A stretch of DNA of 64,000 nucleotides from Trypanosoma brucei (Eukaryota): the NCBI GenBank assembly GCA_000002445.1, contig CP000066.1:1120001-1184000 (forward strand), given 5' to 3'. The position numbers and the translations under genes were made by a program. A model generated the notes under the pieces. The model was given only the letters and a program-made list of their open reading frames with translations. It did not search any database and was not told where the DNA came from. Below are positions 52,074 to 62,900 of this stretch, one piece after another (the stretch's first letter is position 1; each line of letters begins with the position of its first letter).

Positions 52074-53209
52074 GGCAACACCAAACTATATCGCGAACGC
52101 ACGACTGTTTCCTGAACTTTTGAAACTTGTAAGCAGCAAGGCAAAGGCGCGTGTTTTCAAAGCGTTACATTTTTAACACACCAAATAGAAGAGGGGAGAA
52201 ATCAACAGAGGAAGGAACAAACGGCCATGCACAAAAGATAGAAAAGAGCAAAAGGTCGCAATCCAATTAAAAACCGATCTCTCGTGAAGTGGCACCGGAA
52301 TTAAACTCGATTCACCACTGCGACGAAAATACGATAATCCTTCGCAAAAGTTAGGTCAAATTTCACATCTCCCATAACCGTTAATACGTAAAAGTCACTT
52401 CATTCCTCTTTCAATTGCACGACCCGCACAACCGCGCCGATCACATTATGTGACGGCAATGCCGCCGACAGCGAGGCAAAATCCGTAACCGAATCACTAT
52501 TCATTCATTTCGCTCACACAAGCATATATACAGCAGAGCGAAAAAAGAAAAAAGGAATTAACAAAAAAAAACGGAAGCAGAGAAAAGCAACAAAACGTAG
52601 AGGGAAGTGCAAAAGCAGAAGCAAAAAAAAACCTCAGCTGTACGGGACGGCCGGCGGACCATCTTTCATTTTCCATACGTCAAATAAAGAGGCAATGATC
52701 AAACAAATAAAGTGTAGCAAAAATGCAAACACGCACATTCACAAGTTGAAAAAAAAAACACTGAAACCACAATCCGGAATTGTGGCAGGCCGTTCCCGGA
52801 CGGCTCACTTCACATGGGGGAAAAAAAGAGAAACGAATTAAAGTTAATTAGAATAAATTGAAGGATAGACATATACATGCATATGTTTAAAGATATTTGC
52901 TCATGACTAGGCATGGAACCCGAATTATTACCACATCTACAACACACACCGACAGCGTTCCTGCGTATATTTATTGTTTTTTTTTATTACGCCACTCGGA
53001 GGTAATCAACTTATTTGGTGTATCCACATCTTTTCCCCCTTGCTGTTTAGGCTCGTGTCTGTGCGCACTAAGGCAATTGTTTTTCCTCAGACATATATAT
53101 ATATATATATTCTTTTGGCGATGGCAGCCCTCTCTGCCCGCTTCACTCGCACCATACATCTCAAAAAAAAAAGGGGGGGGGCAGGGGTGCACCCCGGTTC
53201 GTTACATGT

Positions 53210-54436
53210 TTAAAGGCTTGCATTTCCATTGCGGTCTTTTGTTAGTGACGGTACCGCTTTGCGCGGTTCCGGTAATGCTCGGGGCAACGGGGAGGACGCG
53301 AAAGTTCCAACGTTTGTGGTCCGCTCGCCCAGCAGTACCGCATTGGTATCATTCCCCCATAAACCGTTCCCCCGCAGCTGGCAATTCCCCAAACCAGTGC
53401 CGACACAAGGAATACTGATGGGAGCCGCTTGAGTGGGCAACAGTACAGAAGTGTTTGGACCTTTCTTTTCCATTGAAGCCTTGGGGGATGAGGCCCATGA
53501 GCCCTTGAAGGGAGGTACTTTGCTTACGGGTGTGTGAACTTTCTCATTTGTAGGGCTGGCGGTGGAGCGGATCATAATGCATTTTCGTGGCGATCCGTGT
53601 TCAGACACATCTATTGGTGGCAGCGGGCTGCTGACACGGATGTTACTTTTGCCGCACATCGACTCAAGCGACTCCCTCGTTAAAACCAAACGAGGAACGT
53701 CCTCATTAACATCGTCCCCATGGCACTCCCTCTCATTATCCACCCCGAATCGTACGTTGGAGTCCTCCCTGATCATAACAACTTCCCTCCTCGATGGGCT
53801 CCGCGGCTCACACCCCTTAAGGGGCCTTCGCGTTTGAGAGGCCATCGCCGACGGGCTGCCGTTATCGGCTATACTGCTCGCCGCGGATGCTTTCTGATTA
53901 TGTGTAATACTCGCCTTAAAAGTTCTCGATGTCATGGAGCCTGGACTCGATGCTCTAGGACTCTTGCATGAGCAACCGCCCTTCCCATCCCGGCGGTAGA
54001 GTGGCGACCCAACCGACATTACCTTTTTGTGTGTGGTACCCAACCTGCTCCGTAGGACATTAATGGCAGCAGCCATGTCGATGCTACCAATAATAGAGTT
54101 ACAAGGGGAGGCTCCCATTTGATGTTCAGCATCCGTTGGTGAGTCGTCAACAGCCTCGCTGAAACTCGCACACGATGGCGATAGCGATTCCTCTGGATAT
54201 GATAGCGCTGTGCTGGATTTATAACTAACGTCACTTGACACAACGTGCGAATATGACGGGTCTGCAACGCCTCTGGCGAGCACCCCCACGCTCGTGTAAT
54301 GGATATCATTATTAGGTGTCATCACTTCACGTTCCTGCTTGGCACTACCACCCTGATCTGTGCCAAGATTTTCTTCTTCCTGACTTACACTCGCATCTGA
54401 TGTAACCTCTCGTGGATTTGGACCCTCTGCCGGCAT
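53210..54436 (-). CDS. hypothetical Ser/Pro-rich protein (about 408 aa from first ATG)
   Basis: The track ORF (to 54487) starts at GTG; first ATG at 54434-54436. Low-complexity, serine-rich, probably disordered. Confidence 0.4.
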   Translation of the reverse strand: MPAEGPNPREVTSDASVSQEEENLGTDQGGSAKQEREVMTPNNDIHYTSVGVLARGVADPSYSHVVSSDVSYKSSTALSYPEESLSPSCASFSEAVDDSPTDAEHQMGASPCNSIIGSIDMAAAINVLRSRLGTTHKKVMSVGSPLYRRDGKGGCSCKSPRASSPGSMTSRTFKASITHNQKASAASSIADNGSPSAMASQTRRPLKGCEPRSPSRREVVMIREDSNVRFGVDNERECHGDDVNEDVPRLVLTRESLESMCGKSNIRVSSPLPPIDVSEHGSPRKCIMIRSTASPTNEKVHTPVSKVPPFKGSWASSPKASMEKKGPNTSVLLPTQAAPISIPCVGTGLGNCQLRGNGLWGNDTNAVLLGERTTNVGTFASSPLPRALPEPRKAVPSLTKDRNGNASL

Positions 54437-56214
54437 TTCGAGAGTTTTTAGCCTTTGCCAAATATTGATGAACCCGCCGCGGCGCACTCGAAAGAGTTTT
54501 CAACCGGATGCAAGTAGGTGGTAACGTACCGTAAAGGCAAGACACCTGCTGTCAAGCGACAATTAATGTTAAAAAAAAAAAGGGCGGCACCCCACTGGTT
54601 GTTCGAACAAGTACTGAGCTGTCTTCCAGTTCTCCTGCTTAAGGGTCCGCTTCACCTTATTTTCCCCAGCGCCTTCCCTTCGTTTATGCTCTCTTCCTTT
54701 TCTTCTTCAATCGCTTTTTCTGTCTTTTTTCAAGGACTGGAATCCACTGAACCGTCCCTATTTCTCTTCGCCTTTTCCGTTCGCGAAGGATCGCGCAGGC
54801 ACGCACACGGCGCAAAAAAAAATGTGAGGAAAAAGGTAAAGAGGACAAAAGAATCAGAAAGCACGAATCATTTGAGGGAGAAAAAAAAAACAACGAATGC
54901 ACACATGAAGAGGACTAAGCGTTAAAGTATATGCACGCATCACCGCCACAAGTCATATCACAAAGACAAACGGTACGAGGATTTAACGACGCGTGGAGAG
55001 CAGACGCCGTAATTGAAGCACACGCAAAAACGGCAGGACGCTGCGAAAAGGAGGAAGAAAAAAACGTGCACATGGCCTAACACCAATTGCAGAAGAAAAG
55101 GGGGAGGAATGAAAAGGCGTTGAATAGGCCGAATGAGGAACGCGTACGGAACACCAGAGGAGTGGGAAAATAAAAATAAAAACCTGCAGCAACGAAGACA
55201 GTAACAACCAATCAACTAGCCCAGGAAAAACAAAGAAAAAGGGAAATTATATCTTCAACACCCACGCGATAACTACTGAGTAAAAATAGATGAAGTACCC
55301 GCCCTCAGTGGCAAAACGAGGGGGAAAAATAATTCCCGGCACGAACAAAAGAACACACAGTGACATCGTCAGCAGTGGGTCGCTTACAGTTTCTGCTTCA
55401 CGCAATGGCGACAGTCCTCCTCCTTTACCCTTCTCTCTTTTGTAATGTCTCATTAGCGTATTTTATCTTTCTCTTCCGTTCACTTTCTTGTTTGCAACCC
55501 CCTTTTGTTGCCCCCCCCCCCGTTCCCTCCCCATCACTTTGAATATATATATATATATATATACATAAACATACATGTATATACAATTTAGCCGTTTACT
55601 TAGAAGAACCCGCTGCAAACGCTGCGCGCGAGCAGGGTAAAAGAACAACAATCTGAAAAGGAGAGGGGAAAATGAAAGGGGAAAAAAGAGAAATCAAAAA
55701 TAATGATCATAAAAGTTGACTAACCGCTAACCACTTGACAAAAATCCGGAGCCAGAGTTCGCCCATAACCAACTTTCCTCCCTTTTCTTCCCCTCCCTTC
55801 ACTCTAGGTTCACAACTACTCTTTACTTACCCTTTTGTTATTTAATACCAACCTCCCGTCCGGTGCAGAGTGTTGTCTCCACCAGTATGTGTGCGCCTGT
55901 GACACCTTATCCCTCATCTTTTTCTCATCCTGCTAGGACCTGTTCCAACCTTTCGAAAAAGTAGTGTGGAAACAGCCGAAGTTATTCTTCCTGCCTTCCT
56001 CTTTGTTTTAGTTTTCTTATGGTTTTTTCCTTTCGTCCTTCCTTCCTTCTTTCTTCCTTTTTTTCTTTTCCCCCTTGCCTTCCTCCCCATCCTCCTTTAG
56101 AAACAATACTAAAAGGATGGAAGGTGCATGTAGTCAAATCTAGCACTCGCCACACTTTGCACTCTCACTAACACACGTGCGAAGTCACCTTACCTCTACG
56201 CCAGTCTGCCCTTT

Positions 56215-58152
56215 TCAGTCCACCTTGATGCTTCCATATATTTTGCGAACAAACATAATTCCCGATGTGAGCCCCACTGCTCCCGCTGCCAGCCCATAGG
56301 CATACGATATCAATCCCATGTACAAGAAATACAGTAAAGAGGAAGCAAAAGTGTGAATTGCCAATTGCGTCATGTAGAAGAAAATCGAGTAAACGAAGAG
56401 CGGCACACCGAACCCACCAGGGATGAAGAATGCGGGCCACCACCACTGGTGATTCTCACGGCACAGAACGTAATATAGATGGAACACTGTGACAAGAGCT
56501 GTTATGATGACCCAAATAAAGCTCACCAACGCCAGAAACCCAAACACATAATACACCTGCCCAGACCACAGCGCCTGCAGGACAAAGTTGAGCTCTAATA
56601 TGATTGTACATAGCGGAAAGATGGGAGGAACCACCAGTAAAAACAGAGTCCGATTCATATACGTCTGTGGTGGAATCTCGCGCGCTAAACGGCCAACAGC
56701 GACAGGATTAGCGAGGGACTCCTGGCGGAATGAGAACGAGGCGCCGAGGACGGTAAGTGGAACACTGATAAGAATCCACAGCGACAGTAGAATAAACAAG
56801 AGCGAAAATGGAATCGTTCCCGAAGAGCCATGGGAATAATTGATGATATTGGCGAAGGTGTAGACGCCAACGATGGCGCCAGGGAAGGCGCAGCCGCAGA
56901 AAAAGATGTGCTTCCACTCACATCGTCCAAAGTACTTGAGCAAGAAGCCGCACACGTACCCAGACACAACTGACATAAACACGAACAGAAATATAACAGC
57001 ACTCAAAAGAGCACCGCGGCGGGCGGGAGAAAGGAAACCAAGCAAAGCAAATAACATTGTTCCGGCGCTCATGCCCAACACCTGGTACCCATTTCCAGTT
57101 AGGGCGGCAAGCAGTGGGGCGCGGTCTGGCGGCCGAAACACATCAGCATGAACAAGCTTCCAACCGCTTTCCTCCTCACCATCTTCCAGAACGGGGGAGT
57201 TGTAGCGGCTGAAGTCCTTGTGGAGAGTACGCATGAGAATGGTTGCGACAGAGGCGGCACACATGAGCACGACAACTAAACTGCTGCAGACATAAAGCCA
57301 GTGAAATGCAGGACTGGAATCTGCAACCGAGCTGTGGAGGTATTCATCCCACCGGGTGGCCCAAATAACATCAGATTTCTCCCATTTGACGCCATACGAC
57401 CAGTGCACAACGGCTCCCCCACGCACATCATCGGTGGTAAGATAGTCTAACGCGCTCCCAGTGGCGGACATATCCGCATTACAACTCAGCCCGTCATCAC
57501 TGTGTTTGATGCTATAAGGCGTGGCCTTAAGTCCAACTACCATGAATTTGTTAGGGTCATGAGGGGCATGATTGTACTTGATCACAAATTCAAGGTGATT
57601 GTTAATGAGTGTTTTACCGGTGCAGGCACTGGGCGTGCCAATCCAATAGCCGCGGTAGAAAGTGTGACGCATGTCCTTTGGGACGGAGGCACAATGAGCA
57701 AGCAAGTCCGGTGGCACCTCTCCGAAAACGGGAAGGTTGTCGATGTTCATGAAACCGCGATACCCCTTTTCAATGGAGCCCTCCAAGTCATCTATATTAC
57801 TCAAAATGGTCTTAGTGTTGGCAACTGCGTCACAGTTTGGAAGCACGGTACAGTTCGTGTTTTTCTTCATGTTTGTGACGTACAAGGAATTCTGTATACG
57901 ATCTCCCCATATGATTTCACCGATGGACTCGTCCTTTGTAATGATTTCACTCGGCCTACAGAAGGGAAGCGTGTAGTACTCCTTTGGGAACAACACCTGA
58001 AGTGAGCGAAGTGAGTTCACCCAAAAATGAACCTCGTCACCTTCAGCATAGTACCTGGGTTGAACACCTGGAATGTAAAAGGCGTCAGTCACAGCCAATG
58101 CAGAGATGAGGAAGGCAAAGACGCCAAGCGCAACACACGAGAAGCGAGTCAT
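56215..58152 (-). CDS. transmembrane 9 superfamily (TM9SF/EMP70 nonaspanin) protein
   Basis: First ATG 58150-58152 verified (MTRFSCVALGVFAFLISALA signal peptide). FYIPGVQPRYYAEGDEV...VNSLRSLQVLFPKEYYTLPFCRP...ESIGEIIWGDRIQNSLY matches the TM9SF luminal-domain consensus (FYLPG.AP, LPYEYY.LPFC.P, ENLGEVL.GDRI.NS). Followed by nine predicted TM helices. 645 aa is typical. Confidence 0.85.
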   Translation of the reverse strand: MTRFSCVALGVFAFLISALAVTDAFYIPGVQPRYYAEGDEVHFWVNSLRSLQVLFPKEYYTLPFCRPSEIITKDESIGEIIWGDRIQNSLYVTNMKKNTNCTVLPNCDAVANTKTILSNIDDLEGSIEKGYRGFMNIDNLPVFGEVPPDLLAHCASVPKDMRHTFYRGYWIGTPSACTGKTLINNHLEFVIKYNHAPHDPNKFMVVGLKATPYSIKHSDDGLSCNADMSATGSALDYLTTDDVRGGAVVHWSYGVKWEKSDVIWATRWDEYLHSSVADSSPAFHWLYVCSSLVVVLMCAASVATILMRTLHKDFSRYNSPVLEDGEEESGWKLVHADVFRPPDRAPLLAALTGNGYQVLGMSAGTMLFALLGFLSPARRGALLSAVIFLFVFMSVVSGYVCGFLLKYFGRCEWKHIFFCGCAFPGAIVGVYTFANIINYSHGSSGTIPFSLLFILLSLWILISVPLTVLGASFSFRQESLANPVAVGRLAREIPPQTYMNRTLFLLVVPPIFPLCTIILELNFVLQALWSGQVYYVFGFLALVSFIWVIITALVTVFHLYYVLCRENHQWWWPAFFIPGGFGVPLFVYSIFFYMTQLAIHTFASSLLYFLYMGLISYAYGLAAGAVGLTSGIMFVRKIYGSIKVD

Positions 58153-58788
58153 TCCGACCGCCTCCGCGTGCGCACGTGGGTAAATATGTAAAAAAAAAAA
58201 TGGCGATACGCTCAAAATAAGTGAAGAGAAGGTTTCTTTAATGTTGTTGTTTTGGGTGTAAGTGAGGGAAACAAAGATGTGGGTCAACAGAGAAGGTGAG
58301 AGGTGAAAGCGGTTAGTAAAAGAGCTCAAGAACGAAAAACTGGATTCAATGGAAGTCAGAGAAAAAATAGAATGCACCAAATAGAGCCACGCACCGCGAA
58401 GCATGCCCGCGTGCAAGTGGTGCTCATTCTTTCAACAGGATGCCGTCCAAGGGACTGCAACACACTTTTCAAATGGGGTGAAAGGGAGGGGGAACAACGT
58501 AAAAACATGTCCGTAACTATAAATTTTTCGTTACACACGTGCCAACGAAAAAAAAAAGGAGGTCAGTAAGAACGTGGTACCGGTGACATAGAAAGGATGG
58601 AAGACAATGACTCCCCAATTCACATCAGCAAAAACTCTCTTCACCACGCCAATGTCAAAAAGCCGAAGGCTGGACAGCAGCCACACCCCCGCTCTCCGCA
58701 CGAACCACTCGCTGGGGCCTAATTGCGCAACAGCCTTCACCCAAACCTGCACGAGTAAACCCATTTGTATCGTACCCTCGCATTTCCA

Positions 58789-59454
58789 TCACACCAAATC
58801 ATTGCGCCATGCCGCACGAGTGGGGACGCTGTCGGTTTGACCAGAATTTAGCAAGGCAGACCTCTCAACAGACGTTTTCGCAGGGTTTCCAACATTTTCC
58901 CTTGCTCTGTATGCCCCATTTCCCCCAACAGCGCGGGACGTCACGGGTGATGATGCGAGGATGATGTCCTGCAATTCGCGACGCCTACAAATGACAGCTG
59001 TCATGCCGCATGTTATGCCAAACCCCGACACCACTGACAACCACCACGCAAAGCCACCGCCCGTTACTCGCCATCCCACCAAGCAGCAGAAGAAAAAATA
59101 GATGACATAGGTTGTGAAAGCAAAGTCTAGTGCGAATTTACGGCGTTGTATAGTGTGTGCGAGTGGGTAGGACACCACAAGTGCAGTCATCACGTGCATG
59201 AAAAAGAACCGCGAGGCGGACCCATCAGCCATGTCCTCAACATGAACCATAAACAATGAACGCAGTGGTATGTGGAAGCAACGACTAAGCAACTTCAAGT
59301 ATGAAATGTTTTCGCTATGAGAGAAAAGGAGCAGCAACACGCCTAACGCAACGCGGACCATGGCCATGATCAAAAAGAAGGCACTCACTACATGAAGTAT
59401 TTGAACGGACACAAAACGTGGATCACTAAGCGATGCCCCCAAAGGGATCGCCAT
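58789..59454 (-). CDS. SYS1: Sys1-family Golgi integral membrane protein
   Basis: ATG verified. Four predicted TM helices. RRKFALDFAFTTYVIYFFF...ICRRRELQDI parallels yeast Sys1 RSKIAWDFAITIHAIHFIVVF...TTRWRELRDT. Confidence 0.55.
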   Translation of the reverse strand: MAIPLGASLSDPRFVSVQILHVVSAFFLIMAMVRVALGVLLLLFSHSENISYLKLLSRCFHIPLRSLFMVHVEDMADGSASRFFFMHVMTALVVSYPLAHTIQRRKFALDFAFTTYVIYFFFCCLVGWRVTGGGFAWWLSVVSGFGITCGMTAVICRRRELQDIILASSPVTSRAVGGNGAYRARENVGNPAKTSVERSALLNSGQTDSVPTRAAWRNDLV

Positions 59455-59907
59455 ACGTTTCGCTTCACGTTGATACTTTAATCGCGACTGTACCGTCTCG
59501 TAACTTGTTTCTCCGCCTCAGCTGCCCACTCGGAGCCCGGCGCCCCTTTTTGGGTCCACCCAACTTGCTTTTTTTTTCTTCTTGTCTGTTGTCGCCGAAG
59601 TCTCTTCAGCCTCCCCCTCCCTTCCTTCACTGCTTTTCAGCTCTACCACCAGAGTAATGAAGCAAAGGCATAGGGGAAAAGTGAAAAAAAAAAACGAGTC
59701 CGGGAAGAGCATCAGGGAAGCCTGGAACGATACACAAGTACACTGATAATTTCCATAAAAAATGAGAGAGGGTGACGTAGCGGTAGACGCTCCCGTAACA
59801 AACTATTTGTCCCCACCAAGAGAAACCCTGACAATAGTCGCGTCCCAGCGAGTTCGCTGCAAGTCGCACACCAACCACCTCTTCTCCGCACAGCACATAC
59901 ACTGGCA

Positions 59908-62900
59908 TCACTCAAGAAGCCCAGACTGCACGATATGTGCCAGGTTGTGCTCCGCGCTTAGCAGAGTGTCCACCGCGCGCTGTAGCTCTGCCGGTAGTGG
60001 CCTCAATCCACTCCAATGTGATTTTGCCGCGGCCCTAAGCTCTAGAAGTGTACTAAGGGATTCAGACCCACGCGTAACAACGGGAACGAAGCCATCCACC
60101 ACCGCTAAACCCGGCACATCATCCATGACGGCCAAAGTGCGAGGGTCATTGCAACATGCACTGGCCAACAAAAGCGCAAACGGGGTGGTAAATACTCCAA
60201 ACACCGGTTGGATCATACAGTGAGTGTCCCCACTAGTTGGAATCTTGTCAAACGCGGCAAAACAAGGAAGCGAACTGTAGACGCGGCTGGATGCAGTGGC
60301 GCCAGCGCCGGCAGATCCATCTCCGCTTTTTGCCACCACCCCGCCCCGCGGCTGACTAACACCACAAGAAACAAGCAGAGGGGGCGGCACACGCACGTTC
60401 AGAACCCTCTTCAGATCCTTAGACTCCACTGTGACCTGCGACGTCGCATTATGAGCTACTGCCCTCTTCTGTACGAAAGCGCGCGGGAATGAGGCAAACG
60501 TAACAGCGAGGCGCAGTCGACCCTCCCGTGACGGCGCAAGTCCGTCTGTTAACGGTTGGCATAACGCTTCCGCTGTGGGAATAGGCGAAGAGGTAAGAAG
60601 TACCCTGAGAGGGTCGAAGGCGGGCACACTTGCCTCAACGTGCTCAACTAATCGCCGCAGCCTTGGGACTATAATGTTAAGGAAGCGCTGCGCATCCTCA
60701 CTGAGAGCCGGCAACATAAGCTCAAGTACGTCATAACCACCAACCTCACCTCCACGACACGAGGAGCGGTGGCCATCAACAATTGACCCGCGGCCTGTTA
60801 GTGAAGATAACACTAGTGCTAGCACTCGAAGGCAGAGGTGTTGACAGTCCATCAAGAATCCAGCAAGGAGCAACTTGGCAAATTGCAGCGGCAGCGCGCC
60901 ATTCACTGACACCTGCTCACCACCATGTTGGGGAAGCGGCGGTGGCACGCAAGCTGCTAGAAGCGATAACGCCACTGTTATTAGATTAACTCCCTCAGCA
61001 TCGCCTTGCGATCTGCGCTCCAAATCCTCAGGGGAAGTGAGACCCATGGAAATGAAAAGATTGCGTGCGGCAGAAGGGAGTGTAAGAGGTTTGGGCGAGG
61101 TAAGTAATCCGAGTTCGCATTGAACCGCTGAAAGAAGCAACTGCAGTTCCTGTGAATCAAAAAATCCTTCCCCCCTTCGCAGAGATTGAACAAGTTGGGC
61201 ATATTGCTCCGTTCGTGGTTTCGAAGGAAAGGGGATTTTATGCTCCGAGAGGAGTGCGTGAAGAGGTCCAATAAGCTTCCCTTCATCAGCGACGTGAGAA
61301 GCGCCTTCAACTCTCAACTGCGGGTGGGACCGGAACATCTGTGCAGTCGCCTGAAACGCCGACTTCAACTGAAGCTGTTTAAATAGCTCGGCGATGGCCC
61401 TGTTCCTTGATTCTTCCTCGTTGTCGCAATACTCGCCTTTACCTGTCATGCGCAGACCGCTCTCATCTTCCATTTCCAACAGCGTGATAAGCGTCACCTG
61501 AGAAGATGGGCCAGTTGTAGCACGCTCCTTTACCATCAAGCGCAATGGTTTAAACGGCGCATGCAACACCGTGTAAAGTGCCATGACGGACAGCTTACCG
61601 CGAGGTGTAAAGTCACGGAGGGAGGAATCGTATATATCCTTGCTCTGATTCCGCAGTATCACACGCTTACTGTCGGTTACGCCGTCCGGCAGACGGCTAT
61701 TTTTTATAACACCAACTATGTATTCATAATGCATAGCGGCACGCGCCACAGATTCGTACCCTTCATCTCCCGCACCACGTGCCACAAAGTGGGTACCTAA
61801 AATTGGTTGCTCCACGAGGTACCGTCGGTTCGGTACCCTTCCGTACACTTCAAAGCGAAATGAGTACGGAGGTGGTGAAGGAAGTCCAGAGGCAGCACAC
61901 TTCTGGGGCAGTTGAGACCTGGCATTTGTGAAGAGCGGAAGGGCTTCGACGATATCAAGACCGGTGTCCTCTAGCTCCACACCACTCCTGGGAGCTCTCT
62001 TCTGTTCAAAAAGCGCATCGAAAATTAGGTGTTCTTTGCACCTCTTTATGTATGCGCGGCAGGCGGTGAGGTAACTTCCCCACACGAATGGCTTCCGACA
62101 CTCGGACCGCGGTGGTACCGTAGGCACCACTGGCTTCTCCTTATGCATATCGGGAAGACTCTTCAGTCCTGGCGGGGATTCTGTGTTGGCGGGCATCAGC
62201 GGGTCACCAGGCATGGGGGCCGGCCGACCCCTCCGACGTGCATTTCCAGCAAACTCCGCTTGCCTTGAACCACTGTAAACGGGCACGCCGAGAGCACCAA
62301 GCGTAAAGATAGCGTGCATGCAACATAAAGTATAGGCCTCCTTCTTCGTAGAGGCGCAGCCAACTGCATGTCGGCGGCCGAACTGTGTTGGTAGAGGAAT
62401 TTCAGCAATGGCACGGTGCACAAACCCATGGAGAGGGCTGCTGACATTGTACTGTCTTGTTACGCGGGAGACATCGACACCCATTCGTCGGCAATAAAAG
62501 TCGAAGAGACGCGGCGCGGTCTGAAGGATATCCGACGAATGCACTGACACTAACTTCGACAAATCGCACAATGTGTCGTCTTTTAGGTCAACGGAAGTAG
62601 GTGCACTCGGGGCCATCGTACTTCCCATGCTTGGAGTGCTTGACGTGACGTCGGGGAGACGTTGTGAGGGCGGAGGCGACTCCATCGCCGGCATTTCTTC
62701 CTTCGGTACAGATTCCCGCATCTTCGTTGTCGCCTCTTTTGAAAGTCGCGCCCACAGGCACGACTTTTCGTGCTCTTTACGCACGGGTGGGGGAATACAA
62801 ACAATTTGTCGTCTCTGTCCAGGTCCGAGCGGTGCCCAGCGCCCAAGGAGAGCTGCCGCACCGCTGTGTTTCTTCTGCAAGGCTGGAAGATCGTACATCG

